Source of the DNA: a virus
Reading direction: 5' to 3' (one strand)
IMG/VR virus record: IMGVR_UViG_3300045988_135886
Length of the DNA stretch: 64,000 nucleotides
A program made the translations under genes and the position numbers. The notes below the pieces were generated by a model. It had not been told where the DNA came from. It did not search any database and saw only the letters and a program-made list of their open reading frames with translations. This document shows positions 16,585-24,497 of this stretch, piece by piece (positions within the stretch are counted from its first letter, which is position 1; every line of letters begins with the position of its first letter).

Positions 16585-18255
16585 ATGGCAGAAATTAAAG
16601 GAATTGATGTTTCCAGATGGAATGGAAACATCGACTGGAAAACTGTTGCTAGTTATGGAATGGGCTTCGCTATCCTAAGAATTACAGAAAAAGGAAATAT
16701 TGTTGATAGCACATTCGAACCTAATTATAAAGGCTGTATTGAGAATAAAATTCCTGTTGGAGTCTATAAATACAGCTATGCTACTACTATTGCTCAAATT
16801 AAAAATGAAGCAAATGTAGTTATTAAAACATTGAATAAAAGAAAACTGGATTATCCAGTGTTTCTTGATATAGAGGATAAATGTCAGGAGAATTTATCTG
16901 ACAATTTAATGATGAAAATGATCGAAGCGTTTAGAGCTATTATTGTCAAAGCTGGATATAAATTTGGTATTTACTGTGGTTATTCTTGGTATCAGTATCA
17001 ACTACCAGAAGGTGCTAAAAAGTATGATTGTTGGGTTGCCCGATATCCTAATAATGATACCGGTGAATTACAGGAAAGATTAAGAGTTCCTGCTTCTACT
17101 GGTGTTATTGGATGGCAATATTCTAGTAAGGCAACCATTCCTGGAATTCCAACAAAAACTGATCGAAGTGTATTCTATAAAGACTATTCTAAATCTTCTA
17201 CTACTTCTACAGACTCTCCCAAACCAACAACTACACAAGGAAGTGATACTATGAATAAAGATAAAGCTATTGATGCTCTTATTGCTTGCGCTGAAAATGA
17301 GGTTGGATATTTAGAGAAGAAATCTAATTCTCAGCTTGATGATAAAACTGCAAATGCAGGTTACAATAACTACACTAAATACTGGAGAGACGTATATCCT
17401 CAGTATCAGGCACAGGCTTGGTGTGCAGCGTTTGTGAGTTGGTGCATGATGAAAACATTCGGTCTTGATGTAGCTAAAAAACTCCTTAAACATTGGCCTT
17501 ATGTATACTGTCCTACTCTTGGAAATCTCTTTACAAAGTATGCAAATCCACAGCGAGGAGACATTGTGATCTTCTATCGTAACGGTACTTTTGCACATAC
17601 AGGAATTGTCACAAAAGTTGAAGGTGATAAGTTTTATACTATTGAAGGGAATACTTCAGCTGGCTCTACTGTTGTTCCAAATGGTGGAGGAGTTTTTGCT
17701 AAATCTTATTACAATTCTAATCTTCCAGGCACTAAATTCTGTCGTCCAGACTATTCTATTGTCACATCTATTTTAACATCTACTGCACCTGTACAGCCAT
17801 CTTATACTGCATGGGTAGGTTCTTGTACAGCTAATGGAACAGATGTATTCTCAGGCGCTACAGGAGCTTCTAAGTTAAGTACATATCCTAAACTTAATGC
17901 AGGTAATCTTGTGGATATCATCGGTGAATCTGGTACAAGATATCAGGTTCGTATCGCTGCAAAATATATAGGGTATGTAGAAAAATCTAACATTAAAAAT
18001 CCTAATACTCCTGCTGCAACAACTACAAAAAAATATCCATTTGTAGGAAAAGTAACTGCAAGTAAATTGAATGTTCGCAAAAAACCCGGTACTGAACATC
18101 CGGTACTTCCAGAGTATCCGATGTTAAATAAAGACAATCTTATTAATGTCCTCGGAGTTACAAAAGATACTAAAGGTGACAGATGGTACAAAGTATCAAT
18201 CACTAAAAAAGAATATGTTGGCTATGTATCAGCCAAATATATTACTAAGGCATAA
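16585..18255 (+). CDS. Multidomain endolysin: GH25 muramidase + CHAP/NlpC-P60-like amidase/peptidase + two SH3-like wall-binding domains
   Basis: The ATG at 16585 follows AAAGGAGG. The sequence shows 'IKGIDVSRWNGNIDW..FLDIED' (GH25-like), 'AWCAAFVSWC...FAHTGIV' (Cys/His of a CHAP/NlpC fold) and two C-terminal SH3-like repeats ('..RYQVRIAAKYIGYVEKSNI', '..RWYKVSITKKEYVGYVSAKYI'). Confidence 0.75.
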   Translation: MAEIKGIDVSRWNGNIDWKTVASYGMGFAILRITEKGNIVDSTFEPNYKGCIENKIPVGVYKYSYATTIAQIKNEANVVIKTLNKRKLDYPVFLDIEDKCQENLSDNLMMKMIEAFRAIIVKAGYKFGIYCGYSWYQYQLPEGAKKYDCWVARYPNNDTGELQERLRVPASTGVIGWQYSSKATIPGIPTKTDRSVFYKDYSKSSTTSTDSPKPTTTQGSDTMNKDKAIDALIACAENEVGYLEKKSNSQLDDKTANAGYNNYTKYWRDVYPQYQAQAWCAAFVSWCMMKTFGLDVAKKLLKHWPYVYCPTLGNLFTKYANPQRGDIVIFYRNGTFAHTGIVTKVEGDKFYTIEGNTSAGSTVVPNGGGVFAKSYYNSNLPGTKFCRPDYSIVTSILTSTAPVQPSYTAWVGSCTANGTDVFSGATGASKLSTYPKLNAGNLVDIIGESGTRYQVRIAAKYIGYVEKSNIKNPNTPAATTTKKYPFVGKVTASKLNVRKKPGTEHPVLPEYPMLNKDNLINVLGVTKDTKGDRWYKVSITKKEYVGYVSAKYITKA

Positions 18256-18266
18256 GGAGGTATATC

Positions 18267-18815
18267 ATGGGTATTGAACAGATACAGAAAATCCATGAGT
18301 TTGGTGAGATCAATGTGATCATATCTTTACTTCTTTGTGCAATGCTTGTTATAGCTTTAAAAGCTGGATGGGAGAAACTTCTTGATGTTCTTGGTCTCGA
18401 AACAAAAGCATCTCTACAGAAGAAAGCTTTAGAGAAGAAGTTGTCTGATATGGAACAGAAAATTGCTGATTTTGAGCAGTCTCAACATAATTATCATGAC
18501 CAGTCCATTAATATCAGAGATGATCTGAGAACAAATCAAAATACTCTAAGCACACAGCTTACTGATCTTACAACTTTGATGCAGAACTTTATAACTAATC
18601 AAGATGAGTGTACTGTAGCATCATTTAGAAGTTCTCTCTGGAGAATGCATAGAGACTTTATGGCACAAGGGTACATCACACCGGATGGATTAAAGACATT
18701 CCTAGAGATGGGAAAGCTTTATGAAAAGGCTGGTGGAAATGATATTTATCATGAGAAATTACTTCCAGATATTGAATCTCTGGAAGTCAGATATACAAAA
18801 GACAATGTACTATAA
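18267..18815 (+). CDS. Membrane-anchored protein next to the endolysin (candidate holin / lysis accessory)
   Basis: AAGGAGG SD. One N-terminal hydrophobic helix ('INVIISLLLCAMLVIALKAGW') followed by a soluble coiled-coil-like region. The lysis role is suggested by position only. Confidence 0.3.
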   Translation: MGIEQIQKIHEFGEINVIISLLLCAMLVIALKAGWEKLLDVLGLETKASLQKKALEKKLSDMEQKIADFEQSQHNYHDQSINIRDDLRTNQNTLSTQLTDLTTLMQNFITNQDECTVASFRSSLWRMHRDFMAQGYITPDGLKTFLEMGKLYEKAGGNDIYHEKLLPDIESLEVRYTKDNVL

Positions 18816-18820
18816 TTTAT

Positions 18821-18858
18821 GGGTAGTCAAGCATTATACTTGGCTACCCATTTTTTTA
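18821..18858. terminator. Bidirectional intrinsic terminator between convergent genes
   Basis: 12-bp stem TGGGTAGTCAAG / CTTGGCTACCCA (one G-U pair) with a 7-nt loop and a TTTTTTT tract. It lies between the + gene ending at 18815 and the - gene ending at 18856. Confidence 0.7.
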
Positions 18859-19122
18859 CTTTGATTCTTTATCAAGCATATTCCGAACGTCTTCTACAGA
18901 AAGTCCTTTTTCTCGAAGTAATTTGGCAAGATCTTTCATAGACTGTTCTTCTTTTACGGCTGCTTCTTTCTTCTCTGCTGCAACAAGATCTTTAGAAAGA
19001 TTCTTTTTCTGCACTCTCAAGCCTTTGATATCTTCTGTAAGCTTAGTAATTTGTTCTTCTATAGATGTAATTTGTGCCTTAATTTCTTCTGATGTAAGCT
19101 CTACTTTTCTTACTCTTGCCAT
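18856..19122 (-). CDS. Small Lys/Glu-rich coiled-coil protein with a C-terminal HeH/SAP-like motif
   Basis: Isolated reverse-strand ORF between the lysis genes and attP. 'LAKLLREKGLSVEDVRNML' resembles a helix-extension-helix motif. Function unknown. Confidence 0.35.
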   Translation of the reverse strand: MARVRKVELTSEEIKAQITSIEEQITKLTEDIKGLRVQKKNLSKDLVAAEKKEAAVKEEQSMKDLAKLLREKGLSVEDVRNMLDKESK

Positions 19123-19146
19123 TTTTTAACTACCTCTTTTCGATTT

Positions 19147-19170
19147 AATAAGGGTGAAATAAGGGTGAAG
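19147..19170. repeat. Two 11-bp-phased copies of TAAGGGTGAA (candidate arm-type integrase sites, left arm)
   Basis: TAAGGGTGAA occurs at 19149-19158 and 19160-19169. The units are related to those at 19385-19467. Confidence 0.6.
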
Positions 19171-19217
19171 TTTTTAAGAAGTGCTTGTTTTATAAGGCTC
19201 TAAGTCGGTTTTTCATG

Positions 19218-19258
19218 GGTACCGGAAACCACTGCTCTATCCACTGAGCTACAGGCGC
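19218..19258 (-). other. 5' fragment (~41 nt) of a tRNA-Arg(CCG)-like gene; candidate attP core
   Basis: The minus strand reads GCGCCTG-TA-GCTC-AGTGGATA-GAGC-A-GTGGT-TTCCGGT-ACC, i.e. acceptor 5' strand, complete D arm, anticodon stem and a loop with CCG. No T arm or acceptor 3' strand follows. Confidence 0.6.
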
Positions 19259-19384
19259 GTATCTTGAAAATCAATCTTTTGAAACCTTTGTAAATACTGA
19301 AAAGTATTGATTTTACTGGCTTTAAAGCCACTTTATAAGAGATATTCAGTTGTCAAACTTGATACCTAGTCGTGTTAGTTTATA

Positions 19385-19467
19385 CCCTTTTCACCCTATT
19401 AAATTTAATTCATAAGGGGGAAATAAGGGGGAATATTTCATTTTCCGCATTGATAAGGGGGAAATAA
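19385..19467. repeat. Cluster of TAAGGGGGAA / AGGGTGAAAAGGG-type repeats (candidate arm-type sites, right arm)
   Basis: An inverted copy lies at 19385-19399 (reverse complement ATAGGGTGAAAAGGG). Direct copies of TAAGGGGGAA lie at 19413-19422, 19424-19433 (11-bp phase) and 19454-19463. Confidence 0.6.
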
Positions 19468-19470
19468 TTA

Positions 19471-19499
19471 TTGCTTCATCCTTATCCTTATGCTATAAT
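19471..19499 (+). promoter_or_regulatory. Candidate sigma-70-type promoter with extended -10, upstream of the integrase
   Basis: TTGCTT, then a 17-nt spacer ending in TGc, then TATAAT (19494-19499). It lies about 100 nt upstream of the int start. Confidence 0.4.
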
Positions 19500-19600
19500 T
19501 TACTTAACACATAATTCATATTATCATAATTTTGGAAAAAAGTAAAGTTTTTTATTTTGTAAGTAAAATTAGTGTAATTTTGTACAACGGAGGGATGTAT

Positions 19601-20794
19601 ATGGCAAGAAGGGAAAAAGGTTCAGGATCATGGGATACTGTAACAAAGAATGACATTACATACTATAGGTACCGTAAGAAATATAATGGTATGACAAGCC
19701 GGAAAGAATTTGTAGGAAGGACAAAAGCTGATGTAAAACGCAAGATACAAGAATTTGAAGCTAAGAGTATGAGGGTTAACCAAAAAGATTATCGTAAGAT
19801 GACTCTTGGGGAATGTATAGATAATATCCTGCAGACGTTGGAGCCGACTTTCAAGACAAATAACTATGCTACTCTTCAGTCTACAAATCGCTGCTATATT
19901 AAAACTAATCCGATTGCTGATGTTCAGATGGCTGCTATAGACAAGATTGTCATTCAAACATACTATACAAATATGTCGAAGAAATATTCTGAGAGCACTG
20001 TTAAAAAGACACGCACTCTTTTCAATATTGTTTTCGACTATCTTGTATCCTGTAACATTATCACAGAGAATCCTGCAAAAGGGATTAAGATGCCGCATAA
20101 GTCAAAATATGCAGTACAGAAGAAAGAACACTCTTTCTTATCTTTAGAAGAAGCTGAGAAGTTTTATAAGACGGCTCTTATGAAAGCAAATTCTGCTTTG
20201 CCAGGCGTAAAGACAGGTGATTACATCTATGGACGTAATGCTAGGTTCTGTCTGTTAGTTCTTTATACTGGTATGCGTATAGGAGAAGCTTATGCTCTCA
20301 CATGGAAAGATATAGATTTTAAGAATAATACCATTAACATAGATAAGACAATGGAGCGTATCAAAGTAGATAGCAAATATCAGTGGCTCATAGATACACC
20401 AAAACGTCCTAAGTCAATCAGAGTTATTCCTCTGGCAAATCGTGCAAAGGAACAGCTGCTCTGGCTTAAAACTGTGTCTCCTGGACTGGAAGCATCCGGA
20501 GATGACCATATATTCGTAACTAAGAACAATATTCCACCATCACAGTCAACTCTTACCAGGACGCTTAAAGCGATCCTCAAGAGAGCCGGCATCGAATCTA
20601 ATGGTTTCGGCCTACATGATCTTAGGCATTCGTTCGGATCTATGCTGCTGCAGAAAGGATGGGAACAGAACCAGCCTGTAGATATTAAGGTAATATCAGA
20701 GATACTTGGACATGAAGATGTTTCCACAACTTATAACATATATATGCATATCATGAATAAACATAAATCAGAAGTCATAAATTTACTTGATTAA
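19601..20794 (+). CDS. int: Tyrosine recombinase / phage integrase
   Basis: The ATG at 19601 lies 6 nt after GGAGGG (the track start at 19532 is TTG without an SD). Catalytic-region motifs are 'YTGMRIGEAYALTWKDID', 'HDLRHSFGS' and 'LGHEDVSTTYNIYMH'. Confidence 0.85.
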   Translation: MARREKGSGSWDTVTKNDITYYRYRKKYNGMTSRKEFVGRTKADVKRKIQEFEAKSMRVNQKDYRKMTLGECIDNILQTLEPTFKTNNYATLQSTNRCYIKTNPIADVQMAAIDKIVIQTYYTNMSKKYSESTVKKTRTLFNIVFDYLVSCNIITENPAKGIKMPHKSKYAVQKKEHSFLSLEEAEKFYKTALMKANSALPGVKTGDYIYGRNARFCLLVLYTGMRIGEAYALTWKDIDFKNNTINIDKTMERIKVDSKYQWLIDTPKRPKSIRVIPLANRAKEQLLWLKTVSPGLEASGDDHIFVTKNNIPPSQSTLTRTLKAILKRAGIESNGFGLHDLRHSFGSMLLQKGWEQNQPVDIKVISEILGHEDVSTTYNIYMHIMNKHKSEVINLLD

Positions 20795-20800
20795 AAATAA

Positions 20801-20836
20801 GGGAGTTATATCATTTCGATATAGCTCCCATTTTTT
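20801..20836. terminator. Bidirectional intrinsic terminator between int and the Xis-like gene
   Basis: GGGAGTTATATC-atttc-GATATAGCTCCC followed by TTTTTT. An A-rich tract lies on the other side. Confidence 0.7.
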
Positions 20837-20837
20837 A

Positions 20838-21011
20838 CTATAAAAATATTGTTTTACGTATATTATCAGATATCCATTTAAGATACTTTTCTTTAGGAAT
20901 CCTGTATGTATTTCCTATTTTTATTTTAGGAAAAGAACTTAGTTGAATAAGCTGATATGTTTTGTTACGTCCTATTTTTAGATGTTTTTGTATATCTGTT
21001 GGAGTTAACAT
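20838..21011 (-). CDS. Excisionase-like / HTH_17-type DNA-binding protein
   Basis: 'MLTPTDIQKHLKIGRNKTYQLIQLSSFPKIKIGNTYRIPKEKYLKWI' has the typical Xis/MerR-like winged-helix pattern. The start is moved to ATG 21011, which overlaps the stop of the upstream gene. Confidence 0.55.
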   Translation of the reverse strand: MLTPTDIQKHLKIGRNKTYQLIQLSSFPKIKIGNTYRIPKEKYLKWISDNIRKTIFL

Positions 21012-21538
21012 TTCATCCATTCCATACTCCTTTTGATTATATGAGCCATATTTAAAGGACTCCATGAATAGCCTTTATTTGAAATTACATAATCTACTTC
21101 ATCCTTAATACCATCAAATTGACCCACATCAGATAGATTTCTCCTATAGGCTTCTTCTATGTCGTCACCACGTTCCAGAATTTTAATTAATCTATCCCTT
21201 CGAGGAACATCAATATAGAAAGATATAATATGCAAATCTTTGTTCTTCTTTAATTGTCTGAGCCCATGAGGAGTCAAGACAACTACTTTATCATCTGTAC
21301 AGTCTTCTTTGGCTGTTCCATATTGCCAACCATTGTAAGAAGCATGTTCAGCAAAAAGATCTTTTTCTATCATATCATTAAATTGCTCTTCTGTAATAAA
21401 ATGATATGTTTCTCCATCTACATCTTCTTTTCTCATAGGTCTAGTAGTATATGTAACTATTTTATTAAAACCTAAAGCAATAAGCTCTCTTTCGATAGAA
21501 CTTTTACCTGATGCTGATTCTCCTACAAGTACTATCAT
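21005..21538 (-). CDS. Guanylate-kinase-like nucleoside/deoxynucleoside monophosphate kinase
   Basis: P-loop 'GESASGKSS' followed by 'TTRPMRKEDVDGETYHF', the guanylate-kinase signature region. Confidence 0.65.
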   Translation of the reverse strand: MIVLVGESASGKSSIERELIALGFNKIVTYTTRPMRKEDVDGETYHFITEEQFNDMIEKDLFAEHASYNGWQYGTAKEDCTDDKVVVLTPHGLRQLKKNKDLHIISFYIDVPRRDRLIKILERGDDIEEAYRRNLSDVGQFDGIKDEVDYVISNKGYSWSPLNMAHIIKRSMEWMKC

Positions 21539-22215
21539 TCTTTAGTCTCCTTTGTATAAGTAATTAACTCTTTAGCATAAGGAAGAGTTAAAATCCAATC
21601 ACAGAACTGATGCCATTCAGTTAATTTATGAGACTTCCTCTGAAAATACATAGAACGAAGATTCTCATAATTCAAACTGAGAGTTCTTGTCTGAAGCCAT
21701 CCATTAGGCAACCAACGTACTAAAGCTTTCCAATAGCGTTTGTCTTTAGTCTCAAGATATTTCTGTCTATAATGCTCACACTGATTAATAATAGTTGTTG
21801 GGTCTTCAATCTCTGAATCGAAATCGTCTGTTTCAAAACATTCCAAAGTAATAGGTGTACTAGCAAGTTTGTGCATTGTACTGGAACTATTAGCTACTGT
21901 TCCTACTTTGTATGTATCGTACTCTTTCCACCAATAAAGCGGTGCGGTAATAGTAACAGCTACAGAAATCTGTCTTAAAAATTTTCTATGCTCTGGTCCG
22001 GCACTGATAAGTCTCTGACATAAATCCATATCGTTTGGACCAATAATATAATCCGTCATACCACACTGGTCATAAGGCCCGTCATCAAATGGGCATTCAC
22101 CACATTCGGCAAGCACACAAGAAACACTATCACTCTTATTATGAGACATTAACGGCAGTCTCATTCCATAAAGTGCTTCCTCAAAGTTATATACATGTGT
22201 TCTTTCAAATTTCAT
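21535..22215 (-). CDS. Divergent ThyX-like (flavin-dependent thymidylate synthase family) protein
   Basis: The ATG at 22215 follows GGAGGG. 'GPEHRKFLRQISVAVTITAPLYWWKEYDTYKVGTVANSSSTMH' loosely parallels the ThyX core (…GH.S..EH..F.F…RH…S..S.RY). The canonical RHR motif is not present. Confidence 0.4.
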   Translation of the reverse strand: MKFERTHVYNFEEALYGMRLPLMSHNKSDSVSCVLAECGECPFDDGPYDQCGMTDYIIGPNDMDLCQRLISAGPEHRKFLRQISVAVTITAPLYWWKEYDTYKVGTVANSSSTMHKLASTPITLECFETDDFDSEIEDPTTIINQCEHYRQKYLETKDKRYWKALVRWLPNGWLQTRTLSLNYENLRSMYFQRKSHKLTEWHQFCDWILTLPYAKELITYTKETKE

Positions 22216-22217
22216 AA

Positions 22218-22445
22218 TTAAACCCTCCACTTTTTAATAGCTTTATTAAAAATTTCTATATCTATTTCTGGACCCATAATATTTATGTCAATATCTTTTG
22301 GTAATCCAAAAGATAAGACTCCCAGAATAGACTTTAAATCAATAACATATCTTCCGAACTGTGCATCAATATCACAATTTTTAAATCTATTGGCAATACT
22401 GACGATTTCTGTAGCATCTGTTGAATCATTCAGTCGAATTTTCAT
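22218..22445 (-). CDS. HPr/Crh-like protein lacking the His15 phosphorylation site
   Basis: 'ATEIVSIANRFKNCDIDAQFGRYVIDLKSILGVLSFGLPKDIDINI' aligns by eye with HPr '..[45 protein letters not shown]'. The N-terminal 'GIHARPA' region is replaced by 'NDSTDA'. Confidence 0.55.
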   Translation of the reverse strand: MKIRLNDSTDATEIVSIANRFKNCDIDAQFGRYVIDLKSILGVLSFGLPKDIDINIMGPEIDIEIFNKAIKKWRV

Positions 22446-22537
22446 CTTTATCCTTTCTTTTTGTTAAATAGTATGATATAGCGTAGATGGTTGTTCTATA
22501 CGCTTCACTTATACACAACCAATACACATTTTTCTTT

Positions 22538-22568
22538 AGAGGCACTCTATTCAGCGCCTCTATTTTTT
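22538..22568 (+). terminator. Hairpin plus T tract oriented for the + strand in a minus-strand gene region
   Basis: AGAGGCaCT...AGcGCCTCT followed by ATTTTTTAT. On the minus strand the hairpin is followed by A residues and so is not a canonical terminator there. Confidence 0.3.
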
Positions 22569-23082
22569 ATTTATCTGTACTTCCAAATCCACCATTACGA
22601 GTACCCTCAGTATTATCATCTTCTGTAATTCCATAAGGTAAGAAAATCCCCTGACAGAAGCCATCACCTTTAGCTACTTTCATAGTTTTAACTCCTTCAT
22701 TGGTAATTTTAACCATAATATGGCCTTCGTTATCTGAATAGAAATAATCACTGTCAATGATGCCAACTGTGTTCTCAAGTCTTATTCTATATTTAAAACC
22801 TAAACCACTTCTTGGAAACAACATTAGCACCCAATCATTGTTCATTCCGCAACGAATACCAGTTGGAATCTTAATTGTTTCTCCCGGCTCTAACACAAAT
22901 GACAATGGTGAATAGAAGTCATAGCCAGCACTACCTTTAGTTGCTCTCTGAGGAAGTTCAATAGGGTAATATGCATCTTTAATTGTTTTATCAGTAATCA
23001 TTGATGGCTTACTGAATGAATCTTTCCATGCTGTTTCAAACTGTTCATAAGATACTTTTTCAAATTTTGCAACTCTTTTCAT
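22567..23082 (-). CDS. dut: dUTP diphosphatase (trimeric dUTPase family)
   Basis: 'GSAGYDFYSP', 'FPRSGLG', 'GIIDSDY' and the C-terminal 'RNGGFGSTDK' match dUTPase motifs. Confidence 0.8.
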   Translation of the reverse strand: MKRVAKFEKVSYEQFETAWKDSFSKPSMITDKTIKDAYYPIELPQRATKGSAGYDFYSPLSFVLEPGETIKIPTGIRCGMNNDWVLMLFPRSGLGFKYRIRLENTVGIIDSDYFYSDNEGHIMVKITNEGVKTMKVAKGDGFCQGIFLPYGITEDDNTEGTRNGGFGSTDK

Positions 23083-23771
23083 TTACAAATCTCCTTTTTT
23101 AAATATTCAATATATTTGTCCCATTCACCCAATGAATGGATATATTCTTTAGTTTTTAAACATTTTTTCTTCATATCTTTTTTCAAATCAATTGTCCTAT
23201 ACTGCTTACTTTTTTGAAGTTTATTGGTCAAAAAAGCGTCAGTTACCCTAGAGACTAACAAGTAATCCTTGTTGTCCATAGAATCCAAAATAGCATTGTA
23301 TTCTGCTAAATCTTCCTCAGGAATAGGGTAATCACATTTGGGTAAGTTCTTAGTCGAGAAAGGACTAATATCTGATCCTGCAGTTGCAGGTTTAAGAAAA
23401 GATGCTATGTATTCTAACTTACGAGCATGGAACTTAAATTCTATTTCTTTATCATTTTCCATGATACTTCGTACAGTTCCTTCATCTTCAAGTGCTTTGT
23501 ATAATTCTTCATAAGTCTTATATTCCGGCAACCCAATATCATTAGCTATAGCTTTTAAAATATTGTGTCCTCTTCCTATAGATGGGATATAAGCTACAAG
23601 AGTAGAAAAACCATAATGATATATCTGAGCACCACCATAACATTTAATATAAATATCATCAAAACTTGGATCTATTCCTCCAGAATCATCTCTGGGATAA
23701 TCATTGGTACTTTGATCTATTGCAGCTTTTAGTCTGTAAGTACCTTTATATTTCATTAGATATTTTGCCAT
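23079..23771 (-). CDS. Hypothetical protein
   Basis: 230-aa ORF with ATGA-type coupling to dut. No recognisable motif. Confidence 0.4.
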   Translation of the reverse strand: MAKYLMKYKGTYRLKAAIDQSTNDYPRDDSGGIDPSFDDIYIKCYGGAQIYHYGFSTLVAYIPSIGRGHNILKAIANDIGLPEYKTYEELYKALEDEGTVRSIMENDKEIEFKFHARKLEYIASFLKPATAGSDISPFSTKNLPKCDYPIPEEDLAEYNAILDSMDNKDYLLVSRVTDAFLTNKLQKSKQYRTIDLKKDMKKKCLKTKEYIHSLGEWDKYIEYLKKEICK

Positions 23772-23962
23772 TTAAAAACCTCTTTAGAATCAGTTCCTTT
23801 CTTAAATCCAAAGAACGGAACATCTTCTTTAAAAATATAATCATCATTAATATAGTAACATGGATGCTCTTTTGTTTTTATAAAGAAGCATTCCTCTTGC
23901 GTTAACTCACAACAGTTAAATAAATAGCTTTCTCTATAATAATCACAATTGAGACAATTCAT
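23756..23962 (-). CDS. Small Cys-rich hypothetical protein
   Basis: 'MNCLNCDYYRESYLFNCCELTQEEC' suggests a possible metal-binding protein. Packed in the operon. Confidence 0.35.
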   Translation of the reverse strand: MNCLNCDYYRESYLFNCCELTQEECFFIKTKEHPCYYINDDYIFKEDVPFFGFKKGTDSKEVFKWQNI

Positions 23963-23966
23963 TAAA

Positions 23967-24224
23967 TCACTGTCCTCTCATTTCCTTAATAATTTCTTTA
24001 TATATTGGATTGCAATCTTTATATTTACTTGATTGCAAAATTTCTAAGACCAATGTTTCTTTGTCTGTATTAAATCCAAGCGTAAATTTAGGAAATAATA
24101 TACCTCCTGATACTCTAAATGGAGGACTAATTTTTACTGAATTAATCTTTTTTAGTCTTTTGATACAGTCGTGATATGAATATACTGGATTCACTTGATA
24201 ATACTTTCTATTTCTCCAATCCAT
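23967..24224 (-). CDS. Hypothetical protein
   Basis: ORF in an operon context. No motif. Confidence 0.35.
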   Translation of the reverse strand: MDWRNRKYYQVNPVYSYHDCIKRLKKINSVKISPPFRVSGGILFPKFTLGFNTDKETLVLEILQSSKYKDCNPIYKEIIKEMRGQ

Positions 24225-24442
24225 TAAATCCTTGCCTCCATATTTATAAAATCTATAATCTCACCATTGTCTTTCTTCTCTTCCATATCCTTTATAGCAT
24301 CTTCAATTGAATCAAATTTACAAGTGCAAATGTGTCCTTTTGTAAGATTTACGAAAGAATATGTATGGTCTAATTTATTCATCATAATAGACACAACTAC
24401 ATTATCTTTTTCTCTTATAACTAAATATATATTATCCTTCAT
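24224..24442 (-). CDS. Hypothetical protein
   Basis: ORF with a 1-nt overlap with its downstream neighbour. No motif. Confidence 0.35.
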   Translation of the reverse strand: MKDNIYLVIREKDNVVVSIMMNKLDHTYSFVNLTKGHICTCKFDSIEDAIKDMEEKKDNGEIIDFINMEARI

Positions 24443-24497
24443 CTTTTAAACTCCTCTGCTAAGATTTCAAATTCCACATCCACATTATCACGTAACT

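Noticed and set aside
19195-19270. A tRNA-Arg gene on the minus strand.
   Set aside because: Only the first ~41 nt (acceptor 5' strand, D arm, anticodon stem-loop) are tRNA-like. There is no T arm and no complementary acceptor 3' strand downstream, so it is not an intact tRNA gene. It is interpreted instead as an attP core fragment.
19147-19467. A CRISPR array, or iterons of a replication origin, suggested by the short repeated TAAGGG(T/G)GAA units.
   Set aside because: The units are 10 nt with 11-bp phasing and are not separated by unique ~30-nt spacers. They flank a tRNA fragment immediately next to an integrase, so arm-type recombinase sites are the simpler explanation. No CRISPR-like array is visible anywhere in the window.
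22538-22568. An intrinsic terminator for the dUTPase gene (minus strand).
   Set aside because: On the minus strand the hairpin is followed by A-rich rather than U-rich sequence. The T tract is only on the + strand. It is kept as a low-confidence + strand or structural element.
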